Positions 24,871 through 36,811 of a stretch of DNA of 64,000 bases are shown here, one piece after another. The first letter of the stretch is position 1. Every line of letters starts with the position of its first letter. A program made the translations under genes and the position numbers. A model generated the notes under the pieces. It had not been told where the DNA came from. It searched no databases and was given only the letters and a program-made list of their open reading frames with translations. Source of the stretch: Rhynchopus sp. YZ270_cl-10 (Eukaryota); contig OZ037846.1 in the NCBI GenBank assembly GCA_964035575.1, positions 1,550,001-1,614,000 on the forward strand. The letters run 5' to 3'.

Positions 24871-25626
24871 TGTACGCGACCGGTATACTATTACCTGGAT
24901 AACGTTCAGGGCCGATTGGCACACTGTTTGTAACCTGTATGATACAAGGCTACGCCTATTGTACCACTACTGGTAGCAGGCAGTTACAGTACACAGTCGC
25001 TGCAAAATGGTGCCTTGAGTGTGGCGGAACGCCCTCACTCTTTATTATTCGACTCAGCAGCCTTGATCGCGAGTTGTCACGAAACTGTGAGGGAAGCTAT
25101 CGGTTTGTCGAATTGAATTGGAGCAGGGGATGCGTCCAATGAAAATCACGTCGTCGGGTGAGGTGTGCTTGTTAATGACTTCTCGAGGCCACGTTAAAGA
25201 GGTTGCGTGGCTTGCCAAGCTCCGTTCTTTCACGGCACGCATCACTCATTTGTCCCAATCTGTGCCTGAGCTCTACCGAGCTGCGTTTAGCACATTGCAC
25301 TACTTTTTATGTAATGGAAGGAGCTTCGCAACCTGGCTCTCATGAGCAGCAAGGATTGTGCAGGTCTTTGCGGGGTTGGCTTTTACAAGCCTTCCCTCTC
25401 CATCAGGTTCTTAATCTTAATGTTGATGTGTAGTCATGAGTAGTCTTGATCTCTCACGCAAGGTGTTTATCTTTTTTATGCTTTTTCGTCACCCCTTTCT
25501 CTTCATGCTCTGTGTCACGTTGGCTGCACCCCATACAAGACGCGACGGTGCATGCGGTCCATCTTAATGCATACCAGACACGTGTTCTGACACCTCCACC
25601 CACCCCCATTTCCACAGGATCTTACA

Positions 25627-27762
25627 ATGTACACAATGCGCTGTCTGGAGGGTGTGCTGTCGTTGGACGGGACACTGGACGCTCGTGCACGTCGGAAGCA
25701 GACGTTGTTCTTCGTGATGTGCTTTGTGGCACTGTGTTCGGCATCGTTGGCGGGTTTCAGGACTGTGGTGAGTCCTCAGGGACGGTACGTTTACGTTGCA
25801 TCCTACGTTCTTGGTGTTGCTGTACTACTTGCCGGTGTCGTGCTGGTCCTGTGCAGAGTCAAGCTGAACACACGCATTATCGTCTCTTGTTGCTACCTGT
25901 TGGCTCTCGCAGTCGTCGGGATCGACATCGCCGTGCGTGCCACAGAGAGAGTTGCATGGCCACTGCTCGTGCTCATCGTTGACGTGCTCCTTGTGATGGA
26001 GGTGCCCGCACACTACAGCATGGGTGTCGTCTGCTTCACACTCGTGTACTTCTTTGTCATGTGTCTCGAAGAGGTGTTCAGGTTTGGCATCCTCGACCTG
26101 CCAGGTATCGCGCCGCAGGTGTTCAGACGTGAGTACATGGCCAACAGAATCAACTGCACTGACTATCCGTGCCCTAATATTGAAGCAGTTTCCAGCCAGA
26201 TGGTTGCCGGGATGGTGTTCGTGGTGGACTTCATCGCAACGCGAGGCTTTGCACGAGCTGTCCTGAAGGAGCAGGAGTCAATGGAGCGGACGATCAACGT
26301 TGTGCAAGAGATTGCGTCGTTGCTTGCTGGCTACGACGTGGAGCAGGTGGCGGAGCTGTTGAAGGTGCATGAGGGTGACCTGCCTGAGGGGATGACAGAG
26401 GCACTGCGTAACTTGGAGGAGAACCTGCGGAAGTACCGTCCCTACCTCCCTGCTGCGCTGTTTGAGGCTGAGGTGGATGAAGACGGTGTGCAGCAGCCGA
26501 CTGTGGCACCGCCTGGGCTTGACAGCGAGACAGCAACAATTGTGTTCACAGACATCCGTGCGTCGACGTCGATCTGGGAGAATGCACCTGAGGGGATGCG
26601 TGCTGGACTGCAGATCCACAACGCTGTGATGCGTGAGGTGATGCGGATGTGTGGTGGGTACGAGGTGAAGACCATTGGCGACGCATTCATGATTGCCTTT
26701 GCATCCACTTGCGACGGTGTGGCGTTTGGGTTGCGTGTGCAGGAGCGTCTGTTTGAAGCAGACTGGCCTGCGTCTCTGCTTGAGGATGCACCAATCTGCT
26801 GTCGGCAGGGGTCGCTGTGGGGTGGTCTGACTGTGCGCATTGGTGTGAACACTGGCCCTGTGACTGTGGAGCAGAACACACTGACGGGACGGACAGACTA
26901 TCTTGGACACACAGTGAACGTTGCATCACGCCTTGAGAGCACATGCACACCTGGTGCTGTGGCTTTGCCCTCTGACCTGTGGACATCTGTCTCTGGGTCG
27001 TGCAGTGCTGTTGCAGGTGTGCCAGAAGCAGTTCACTTGAAGGGTGTGTCTGGGAGCACGTTGGTGTGCTGTGTGTGGCCTGTCTCACTTGGGGGACGAA
27101 GGGAGACACCACTTTGCGAGTTTTCTCCGCCCCCTAAGCGAATGTCCAGTGCGAAGCTGGACAAGAGTCAAAATTTGTTTCAAACGTTGAGGAGCAGATG
27201 TCCATCGTTAGCTTCGGAGGGGTCTTCACACTCACGATTGGCGTACTCGACCCGCCAGGTCTCGGGCACTGTGGGAGTTGCACAGCTTGCAGTGGGCGAC
27301 GTGACGGACAGCACAGCATTCCCACACATGAGCTCCGGACTCACAACACTGACGATCACACTGGAGCAGAGTGGAGGGAGTCTGGTGACGCTGCTTGGGA
27401 ACTGTGTGTGTGTTGGGTGGAACGTGTCGCGTTCTGCACCTGCACACATGGAGAACGCGATACGGTTTGTGCAGCGCATGTCTGTGAAGTCTGCACTGAA
27501 CGGGGCTGGTCTTGCAAGCGGTCCTGTGCAGCACGGGGATGTTGGTGCACGGAGCCAGCGCTTTGTGACTGTGATGGGGGATGTTGTGCGTCGGAGTTGG
27601 GCGCTGTGCGAGGAGGCTGTGCGTGACGGGGTTGTGTGTCTGTACGAGCCTCCTGAAGGGACAACACTGCCGTCTGCACTTGAAGACGTTCTTGTCCAGC
27701 ACAAGGGGTCTGGCTACAGAGTCGTTGAGTCAGACAACAAAGAACGAGACAGAGTATTTTAG
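25627..27762 (+). CDS. Multi-TM class III adenylate cyclase (711 aa) with a degenerate second cyclase-like domain, copy 1
   Basis: About 6 hydrophobic N-terminal segments; IVFTDIRAST, GYEVKTIGDAFM, VRIGVNTG, DYLGHTVNVASRLES; C-terminal SGPVQHGDVG...VMGDVV lacking catalytic residues. Start may be Met at 25636. Confidence 0.92.
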   Translation: MYTMRCLEGVLSLDGTLDARARRKQTLFFVMCFVALCSASLAGFRTVVSPQGRYVYVASYVLGVAVLLAGVVLVLCRVKLNTRIIVSCCYLLALAVVGIDIAVRATERVAWPLLVLIVDVLLVMEVPAHYSMGVVCFTLVYFFVMCLEEVFRFGILDLPGIAPQVFRREYMANRINCTDYPCPNIEAVSSQMVAGMVFVVDFIATRGFARAVLKEQESMERTINVVQEIASLLAGYDVEQVAELLKVHEGDLPEGMTEALRNLEENLRKYRPYLPAALFEAEVDEDGVQQPTVAPPGLDSETATIVFTDIRASTSIWENAPEGMRAGLQIHNAVMREVMRMCGGYEVKTIGDAFMIAFASTCDGVAFGLRVQERLFEADWPASLLEDAPICCRQGSLWGGLTVRIGVNTGPVTVEQNTLTGRTDYLGHTVNVASRLESTCTPGAVALPSDLWTSVSGSCSAVAGVPEAVHLKGVSGSTLVCCVWPVSLGGRRETPLCEFSPPPKRMSSAKLDKSQNLFQTLRSRCPSLASEGSSHSRLAYSTRQVSGTVGVAQLAVGDVTDSTAFPHMSSGLTTLTITLEQSGGSLVTLLGNCVCVGWNVSRSAPAHMENAIRFVQRMSVKSALNGAGLASGPVQHGDVGARSQRFVTVMGDVVRRSWALCEEAVRDGVVCLYEPPEGTTLPSALEDVLVQHKGSGYRVVESDNKERDRVF

Positions 27763-29494
27763 CGGCTTTATTCACAAGGTGATTGGGGCACCCGACGTTA
27801 GCTTTACCCCTGTACTTATTAGTGTGACCAAGGACGAGAGTGTCAGGCACCTCTTACGAACCCTTCTTTATTTTTTGTATACAGTAAGACAACAAACATC
27901 GGTGGGGTAAAAACCCTCCTTAGAGTTTTGAAATCCCAAAATCCACCTTAGTTTTTACCCCTCCGGTGTTTTTACCCCACCTATGTTCCTACCCCACCGG
28001 TGTTTATACCAGTGGACATGATACTTTGGGGCAACATGGAAAATATGGGGAAATGAGGTGAGATATTGGGGAAAAGGGTGGGGCTTGCCATCAAAATTCT
28101 CATGTCCAGGGGTAAAAACACCGGTGGGGTAAAAACATCGGAGGGGTAAAAACCCTCCTTAGGGGGGTCCGCTAAATGTCGTAAAATTGGAAAAACCTGA
28201 AAAAACTGCAGGATTTTTGGGGCTTTTTTAGGCAAAAAATAGTGAGGGGAGTTGGGTCCAGTCATAGGGGGTATAGCATATTTTTTGGAAAATTCTTCAA
28301 AAAAAACACCGGAATTTGCTGGCACAAAGAAGTCAAAAATCTCACGCGGGCGGGACCTTTTCTTTAGGTGGGTGTTCACGGCGACCTGTGATAAGTGAGG
28401 ATGGTGAATTGATTCAATATATTTTATACACGTTACATTTATAATATTACTATCGATAAAGAAGTGCGGGACCAAGTGGACAAACGGAAGGTTTGAGGGG
28501 TGTGAACTCGATGGACAAACACCTTGACCTGATCCAAAGGTGGAAGTTTGCTGCTGGTTGACGCCTGGACCTGAAACCAGACCTCTAAAATGAATCACAA
28601 TGATTTACACCACCCCCTTTTTTTTTGTTTGTCTTTTACTCTCAATTTGGCGTTTCGCACCGCAGTGCCGGGGGGAGTCGAAAAAGGCAAGTAAATATGG
28701 CACACATATGGCACACTGACCAGTCGCAGAGCCTAGTAGGACTTCTGCTACTGTTTCATAGGTCTCAAGGGAGGTGTCGGAGGAGTCACCAGTCAGAAGA
28801 CCGCTGCCCTTTTAAAGGTGTAAAGCATTTATGCGGTGTAGGGGTGCGGAATTTTACGAGGGGGGAGGGGAGGGGGTTGAATTAGTAAATCCACAACGAC
28901 ACTGTCTTTCCACATTCCGGGGTTATTTTTACATAGCTAGAGAATGCGCATCATGCGCATCTATCTTTGCGTAATTTTATTGGGTGGGAGTGTTTTTCGC
29001 TAAAAGGTAGGAATAAAAGTAAAAGAAAATGATATAAAACGAAAAAGTGTTTCCGCGTTCTTCCGGGGCTTTCCAGGGGGGAGGATAAATTTTTTTCACC
29101 CCAAAATATTCTTTTTTTACTAGTGCTTAGTAGAGTGATTTGGGGTCCCGAGCTTTCCCCCCGTAAAAGCGGTCGCTGCGCTCGCTTCGCGAGCGCGACT
29201 CCCTGCCAGTGCAGGGAGGTGACGCGCTTTCCCCCGTGATGTACAAAATCGTGGACGGCTGGTGGGGAACCACAAGCCGGAGTGATGTCAGACTCCTTAT
29301 CAATAACTTCAGGACATTTATGTAAGAAATTGTGGTCATGATACCCAAAGGTTCCTGGCGAAGCCACGGTACGCAACATTTCAGATATCCTGGGCTTCCA
29401 ATCCTCATAATTGAATGCAATTGCCACGTCTTCCACTTCTTCTTGTGCACCACCTCAAATGTCTCCGATGCTGGACGTTTGACTGCAACATGGC

Positions 29495-30689
29495 GTCCGA
29501 CTCAGCCGTTTTTGGCTGGGACCCAACGTACAAAAAACTCATTTTTAAACTTCTGGCCATCTCCAAGGCAATTGCGGGTGAAAAACACCCTCAGAGTGGG
29601 TCACAGGGGGCCTGTGGGTCGAAAAACGACCCAGAAGCCACCCCAGAATACAAAAAAATGGAAAAAAATAGTGAAAAAACGGCTTTTTTCAGGTTTTGGC
29701 CATGTTGGGCAAAACAGCGATTTTTCAAGAAAAAAACCAAAAAACGGCATATTTTTTGACATCACAAAGCCTCCTTTGGCACAAATATACCCCAAAAGTG
29801 GCCTGTGAGTCCATTCCAACCTGTTTTGGACATATTTGACACTTTTGGAAGTGTTTTTTTGGTGTTTTCACGCTGAAAAACACCCCCAAAAAATCCTTGG
29901 ACGGTCCTTGGACAGCACTGCCACCATTGCTCCGACCACATTCTCGGCCATATTTTTGCTTAAAACCCCCGAAAAAGGGCCCCCGGAACCCCAATCTTTC
30001 CAAATTTCCACCTCATCCCCACCCAAACACCGCAAACACACGATAGAAAATCGTCTTAAAAAACACACTTTTTTCAAAAAGGGTATTATGGAACCCGCCT
30101 GATGACCTTTTTGAAAAAAGTGTGTTTTTTAAGACGATTTTCTATCGTGTGTTTGCGGTGTTTGGGTGGGGATGAGGTGGAAATTTGGAAAGATTGGGGT
30201 TCCGGGGGCCCTTTTTCGGGGGTTTTAAGCAAAAATATGGCCGAGAATGTGGTCGGAGCAATGGTGGCAGTGCTGTCCAAGGACCGTCCAAGGATTTTTT
30301 GGGGGTGTTTTTCAGCGTGAAAACACCAAAAAAACACTTCCAAAAGTGTCAAATATGTCCAAAACAGGTTGGAATGGACTCACAGGCCACTTTTGGGGTA
30401 TATTTGTGCCAAAGGAGGCTTTGTGATGTCAAAAAATATGCCGTTTTTTGGTTTTTTTCTTGAAAAATCGCTGTTTTGCCCAACATGGCCAAAACCTGAA
30501 AAAAGCCGTTTTTTCACTATTTTTTTCCATTTTTTTGTATTCTGGGGTGGCTTCTGGGTCGTTTTTCGGCCCACAGGCCCCCTGTGACCCACTCTGAGGG
30601 TGTTTTTCACCCGCAGTTGCCTTGGAGATGACCAGAAGTTTAATAATGAGTTTTTTGTACGGTCATTTACTAGGGAGTCGGACCCCCTA
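29495..30689. mobile_element. Palindromic foldback element 1 (arms ~29527-30082 and ~30106-30661; left terminus degraded)
   Basis: ~555-bp near-perfect inverted arms, ~20-nt spacer; right terminus AGTCGGACCCCCTA at 30676-30689. Confidence 0.85.
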
Positions 30690-31934
30690 CCCCCCCCCGG
30701 CCGGATAAATCTCATCCGGATGTCTTCCGCCCGTTTTTTTTTTCCCCGGCCGGATGAAATCCTTCCGTTTTTTGGGTCGCGGAAACACTGCATATATGAC
30801 CGGTTTTTTCCTTGGCGTCAGCACTGGTTTTAAAGAGAAAGTTTACTGTACAGTTTCATACATGACCGTCCGGTTACAGCGAGTAAATATTACCTTTTAA
30901 AAATATCATTACCCTGGTTCGAATTCTGGGCTGACAGCACAAAAAAGGACAAGGATACAGCCAGTACATTTTACCTATCCTAAATAAATGTAGCATGACC
31001 CGCGTAGAAACGGATTATGGGCTGACTCCTATCTTTCTGGTTTCGCCAGTTTCTCCTTTGTTTTACATTTTTTTTTTTTTTTTTGCATGTCACTTTTTCT
31101 AATGTTTATTGATATTATATAACGAGTAATTCTCGTAGACACAGGAAAAATAAAATAAAATAATTTAAAGCATACCATTGTCACAGCACAGAGCAAGATG
31201 CAACTACCATAACGCTTAGTCTCTACAATGCATTTCAGCCTCTGGGGACACAACCGTCTCCGCTCTGTCGCAGCATTCTCGGATCGAATCACGTGAGTTC
31301 CCAATAAAATCAACGACAATGATGAAGATATTAAACCAGGGGGGCCGCCACCTAGCAAAGTTCTGTTGATGGTCAACAGAACTTTTTGAAAATGAAAACA
31401 AAAAAAAAAAAAAAAAAAAAGTTCTGTTGAGTGGTTCAGACCCGTTCTACTTGTCAAAAAAGCTCAGGAGAAGAAGATATGGAGAGGCGAGTGCTCAAAC
31501 GTCCCAAAAAAGTCAAAATCGGGTGGTGAAGAAAAAAAAAAGTTGTGTACCGTGCGCCTACGGCGCAAGCAGCTCCCACTAACGCAGTTCCATTTTATGG
31601 GAACATTGTTTAAAAATGTTGCGTACCGTGGCTTCGCCAGGAACCTTTGGGTGCCATAACCGCTGCTTACTGATAAGAAGGCTGACACCCACTACGGCTT
31701 GTGGACGGCCGCCGAAGAGTACGATGTACAGCCTGGTGAGAGGAAAGAGCAAATGTCGCTGATTCGGAGGAACTCTGACCGGGCTTGGGGAACATGCGTC
31801 TCTCCGCCGGAGGCCACGAGAAGGAGCTTTGCAGGGGTTTTCGAGCGAAGCGCGAAATTTTTTTTTGGACCATCAACAGAACTTTTTCAAAACCCAAAAT
31901 CCTGGCGGCGGGGCTGTATTACTGGGGGGGGGGC

Positions 31935-33134
31935 TAGGGGGTCCGACTGTGAGTAAAATTACCGTACAAAAAACTCATTATTAAACTTCTGGTCATTTCC
32001 AAGGCAACTGCGGGTGAAAAACACCCTCAGAGTGGGTCACAGGGGGCCTGTGGGCCGAAAAACGACCCAGAAGTCACCCCAGAATACAAAAAAATGGAAA
32101 AAAATAGTGAAAAAACGGCTTTTTTCACGTTTTGGCCATATTGGGCAAAATAGCGATTTTTCAAGAAAAACCCAAAAAAGCGGTTATTTTTTGACATCAC
32201 AAAGCCTCCTTTGGCACAAATATACCCCAAAAGTGGCCCGTGAGTCCATTCCAACCTGTTTTGGACATATTTGACACTTTTGGAAGTGTTTTTTTGGTGT
32301 TTTTACGTCAAAAAAAATACCCTGGCAATACCCTGACCGCGCTCCGGCAGCATTCCAGCATGCTGTTTGACCCATATAGGGGTCAAGAAATGGCCAAAAA
32401 CCCCTGAAAAAGGACCCTGGGAGCCCAGATAGTTCCAAATTTCCACCACATCCCCACCCAAACACCGCAAAAACACGACAGAAAATCGTCTTAAAAAACA
32501 CACTTTTTTCAAAAAGGTCATTATGGAGCCTGTCTGACGACCTTTTTGAAAAAAGTGTGTTTTTTAAGACGATTTTCTGTCGTGTTTTTGCGGTGTTTGG
32601 GTGGGGATGTGGTGGAAATTTGGAACTATCTGGGCTCCCAGGGTCCTTTTTCAGGGGTTTTTGGCCATTTCTTGACCCCTATATGGGTCAAACAGCATGC
32701 TGGAATGCTGCCGGAGCGCGGTCAGGGTATTGCCAGGGTATTTTTTTTGACGTAAAAACACCAAAAAAACACTTCCAAAAGTGTCAAATATGTCCAAAAC
32801 AGGTTGGAATGGACTCACGGGCCACTTTTGGGGTATATTTGTGCCAAAGGAGGCTTTGTGATGTCAAAAAATAACCGTTTTTTTGGGTTTTTCTTGAAAA
32901 ATCGCTATTTTGCCCAATATGGCCAAAACCTGAAAAAAGCCGTTTTTTCACTATTTTTTTCCATTTTTTTGTATTCTGGGGTGACTTCTGGGTCGTTTTT
33001 CGGCCCACAGGCCCCCTGTGACCCACTCTGAGGGTGTTTTTCACCCGCAGTTGCCTTGGAAATGACCAGAAGTTTAATAATGAGTTTTTTGTACGAAATT
33101 TTATACACAAGTCTATTAGGAGTCGGACCCCCTA
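31935..33134. mobile_element. Palindromic foldback element 2, complete
   Basis: TAGGGGGTCCGACT ... AGTCGGACCCCCTA; arms 31963-32519 and 32539-33095; 19-nt spacer; flanks G10C and G11C. Confidence 0.9.
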
Positions 33135-33976
33135 GGGGGGGGGGGCGAATAAGAGATCAGGGGTGAATAAGAGATCAGGGCCGAATAAGAGATCAGGTTG
33201 AGATTTTGGGGGTATTTTTTTTTTTTTTTTTGCATCCAACAGGGTTTTATCTTGAAAAAACATTTTGAAATTTTACCCTGTCTACCCGGTCTGGCAAAAA
33301 AGTGGTCAAAAAAATATTTTTATGTATGGGTTCATATTTTGTGAAAATTTAAGTCACCAAAATTTTGTCCATTTTTCCGTATATCCCCCACCACAGCCCG
33401 GGATTTTCTCGGAAATGTAACATGGCCCTGATTTTTCTGCCCCCCTTCACATACTTCCTGTAGGTACATTTTTTTGGACCCGATATCCATTTTTTCGGGA
33501 AATTTCCGAAAAGTTAGCGCGCGCCCTGGCCCAGACCACCTGGCGGGGCCTGTGTTGAAGAAATGTTGAAAAAAAACCGAAAATTTGGGGTCAAATGGGC
33601 ATTTTCATGCCCCCTGTAGCAGTGCATATGGTTCACCCACAGATCGTCAAAACATCAAAATTTTGCCGTTTTTTGAATTTTTCGGTGCACAAGGTCCCAA
33701 GGTCAGGCCCAAAAAAAAATTTTTTTTCCAGGCTTGAAAAAGTAGTTGTCCAAAAAAAAATTTTTTTTTCTACGTAAAAATAGTCGGTATCTGAAGAGAG
33801 TCCGTCGTAGAGTAAAAGCCAATGTTGGTCAATGTCGGTCAATATCGGTTTCAGGCTTGGAAAAGTAGTTGTCGAAAAAAAAATTTTTCGCAAAAAAAAA
33901 AATTTTTTTTTTTGGACGCCCAGACCACCTGGCGGGGCCTGTGTTGAAGAAATGTTGAAAAAAAACCGAAAATTTG

Positions 33977-34572
33977 CCTCAACCTCCAACACGAGAGAGC
34001 AGCCCCACGCTGTTCCGCCAACCGCTTCATCGCAGGTGCAGCCCACTAGGACACATACGGGGAGTGGCTATTCAAACACCACCCCAGCCCCCCCCGTATT
34101 CACGTCCTCTGAGGCAGCTCACTCCCGCGCTGACACGAGTGAACAGCCACACGACGCCTCGCAAGGCAGTGCGTACTCCGCGGACCTCCTCGACAGGTCC
34201 CAACCCGCAGTTCCTTTGCCAGGCGCATCATCGGTCCCCAGCACAGACACAACATCGGAGAGTGGCTCCCAATCCGCACCACCAGCCCTCCCGAACTCTG
34301 TGCCGGTATGGAATGACATAGCGCCCTGCCCCGGGTTTGACTTGCCTACTCCAGAGACGGCCGAAGAGTGGGAGGGACTGTTCTATCCCAATACCACTCA
34401 TTTCAGCTCCCAAGGTGGGTACGGACTGACGGCAGCGGAGGCTTTCGAGTACTGTGGGCGGTGGAGGAATGCAGTGAAGCCGATGTTGAACCCGTGGGAG
34501 CTGAAGAAGTCGGCGGAGCTGTACAATCGCCTGCGGAGCCTTGTGCAGACGCGTCGTCGAAACGCCACATAG
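33977..34572 (+). other. Orphan coding-like segment (3' part of an unknown ORF) inside the composite element
   Basis: GC-rich open frame: S/P/T-rich linker then ETAEEWEGLFYP...WELKKSAELYNRLRSLV; 5' end fused to repeat DNA. Confidence 0.4.
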
Positions 34573-35303
34573 ACACTAGAGTCACCATTTTTCTACTTTT
34601 CCTTTTTCGTTTCCCCCCCCCTCCCCCTTTTATAGACTAGAGTGTACAGCCAGGCCTGGCTAGACGTCGTTAACAGCTTTGAGCCAAGGAGGTTCATCGT
34701 GTCGTCAGCCACGCCCCTAAACCAACAAAAGACTACAAACAAAAACAAACTTACAAGAGGCCGCCCCGTACCCCCTCCAGGCAAATAAAAAAGTAAAAGA
34801 ATGCCCTTCCTCAGTCCGGAAGTATCACCTCAACCGGTCACCTGCCGTAAAAGAGAGAGAGGTTACAGAAAAAGAAAAAAAAAAAAAAAAAAAAAAAAAA
34901 TCGAAAAATCTCAAAAAATTTGGGGTCAAATGGGCATTTTCATGCAGGACCTCTGAAATGTGAATGATTCATTTTTTGGGCAGAGAAGTGTGTTTTAGGT
35001 GGTCACAGAAGGCCAAAACATCAAAATTTTCGTGTTTTTTGCATGTTTGGACACCCAAGGACCCACTATTGGGGGTGGCTTTTTTTGGGCCTGAAATTTG
35101 CCTTTGCCAAAACGAAAAATGTGTTTTGTGAAGGAATTTGCTAAGGAAAAGGCCAAATATTAGGCCCCTGTAGCAGTGCATATGGTTCACCCACAGATCG
35201 TCAAAACATCAAATTTTTGGTTTTTTTTGAATTTTTCGGTGCACAAGGTCCCAAGGTCAGGCCCAAAAAAAAAAAAAATTTTCCCAGGCTTGAAAAAGTA
35301 GTT

Positions 35304-36695
35304 CATGGCTGTGTAACTTAAGTTAAATAAAAAACTTAAGTTTTCTCCGAAATCCTCCGGAAAATTTAGGCGACTTAAGCTACTAAAAAAAAAAACTTAA
35401 ATTAAAAAACTTAGGTTTTCGAAAAAAAAACTTAAGTTTTTTTAGAAAAAAAACGTAACTTAAGTTTTTATTTTTAAAAAACAGCTTAAGTTACCAACTT
35501 AAGTCACTTAAGTTAACTTAAGTTACCGTTTTTTTTTTTTTTTTTTGCTTGGGCGATGAACATCACTGAAGGGGGCGGATGCCTGGTGAAGCTTTTAAAC
35601 GCCGGCATTTGCATTTCCGGAATCCGTCCGGCCAGTGGTGGGGTCAATTTGCCGAAATGGACAAGTTCTTGTTTTTGGTAAATTTCCGCACAGTACACAG
35701 TACACAGTACACAGTACACAGTACACAGTACACAGTACACAGTACACAGTACACAGTACACAGTACACAGTACACAGTACACAGTACACAGTACACAGTA
35801 CACAGTACACAGTACACAGTACACAGTACACAGTACACAGTACACAGTATGTAATCTATGGTGGTCAAAGTGCAAAATTCCTTCGTCAATGCATTTTTTG
35901 AGTAACTGTTATACCTAGAGAATACGGTCACATCACTCTTCAGACCACCTGCAGCTTCACCACCAAGCATGTTCCCAGATCACGTGATTTTGACCAAAAT
36001 TTTGGGGTCCAGATCACGAAAAAAAAAAGGGGTATGGGGTGCGTTTTTGGGCGTTTTTGTCGATCGCATCGTCCGATTCGGTGCGATTGCAGAAAGTGAT
36101 GGGGTCATTTTGGAAAAATGGACAAAATTTTATTGACTTAAATTTTTGCAAAATATGAACCCATACTCGTAAACAAGGGTCATTTTCAGGTTTGAAAACC
36201 CAACTTCAGATGAAATTGTGGTGTTTTGAGTGGGAACACAGTAGCGCCGCAGGCGCACGGTACCCAACTTTTGTCTTTTTTCTTTTTCCCTTTTCTCTGC
36301 TTTCTTTTGATTGTGCGAGCCGATTGCTCTCCACGGTGGGGTCACATGTGTGTGCAAAAACACTCTGAAGTACCCTTACTATGAAATATGAGATTCTCTG
36401 GTTTTAGTAAGGAAAAACCCAAGCAAAATCGTCAAAAATCTACGGTAGTCGGTAGGCGCGTAGCGCGACCCCCGTGCGCACCCCACTTTTTTTTTTTTTG
36501 TTTTTCCCGGAAAAGTACCGCAATTGACGGATCGCGATCCGTGCGAACCGTGGTGGTGACTCATCTGAAAAAATATTGAGTAGAACAGCTGCAGATCGTG
36601 TGCGAGCACTTTTTTTTTTTTTTTTTTTTTTTTTTCCAAAATTCCTGAAAACCAGATCATGATCACGATCTGGGAAAAAGCTTGTTCACCACCCA

Positions 36696-36735
<40 letters not shown>

Positions 36736-36811
36736 GATGACCTAAGGTAACTTAGGTGACTTAAGTTTTTTTTTTTTAAAAAACTTAGGTCACCTAAGTT
36801 ACACAGCCATG
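35304..36811. mobile_element. Element with CATGG termini, 6-bp TSD, ACTTAAG subterminal repeats and nested inserts
   Basis: TIR CATGGCTGTGTAACTTA; TSD GTAGTT (35298-35303, 36812-36817); empty site ttgaaaaagtagttgtc at ~33734-33750. Confidence 0.85.
35689..35849. repeat. (CACAGTA)n microsatellite, ~23 copies (reverse complement of the 21208 unit)
   Basis: Direct reading. Confidence 0.97.

Noticed and set aside
29527..33095. Palindromes as pure amplification/assembly fold-back artefacts
   Set aside because: Two independent copies share spacer and terminal motifs and have a few arm mismatches; artefact unlikely, though not excluded without reads.
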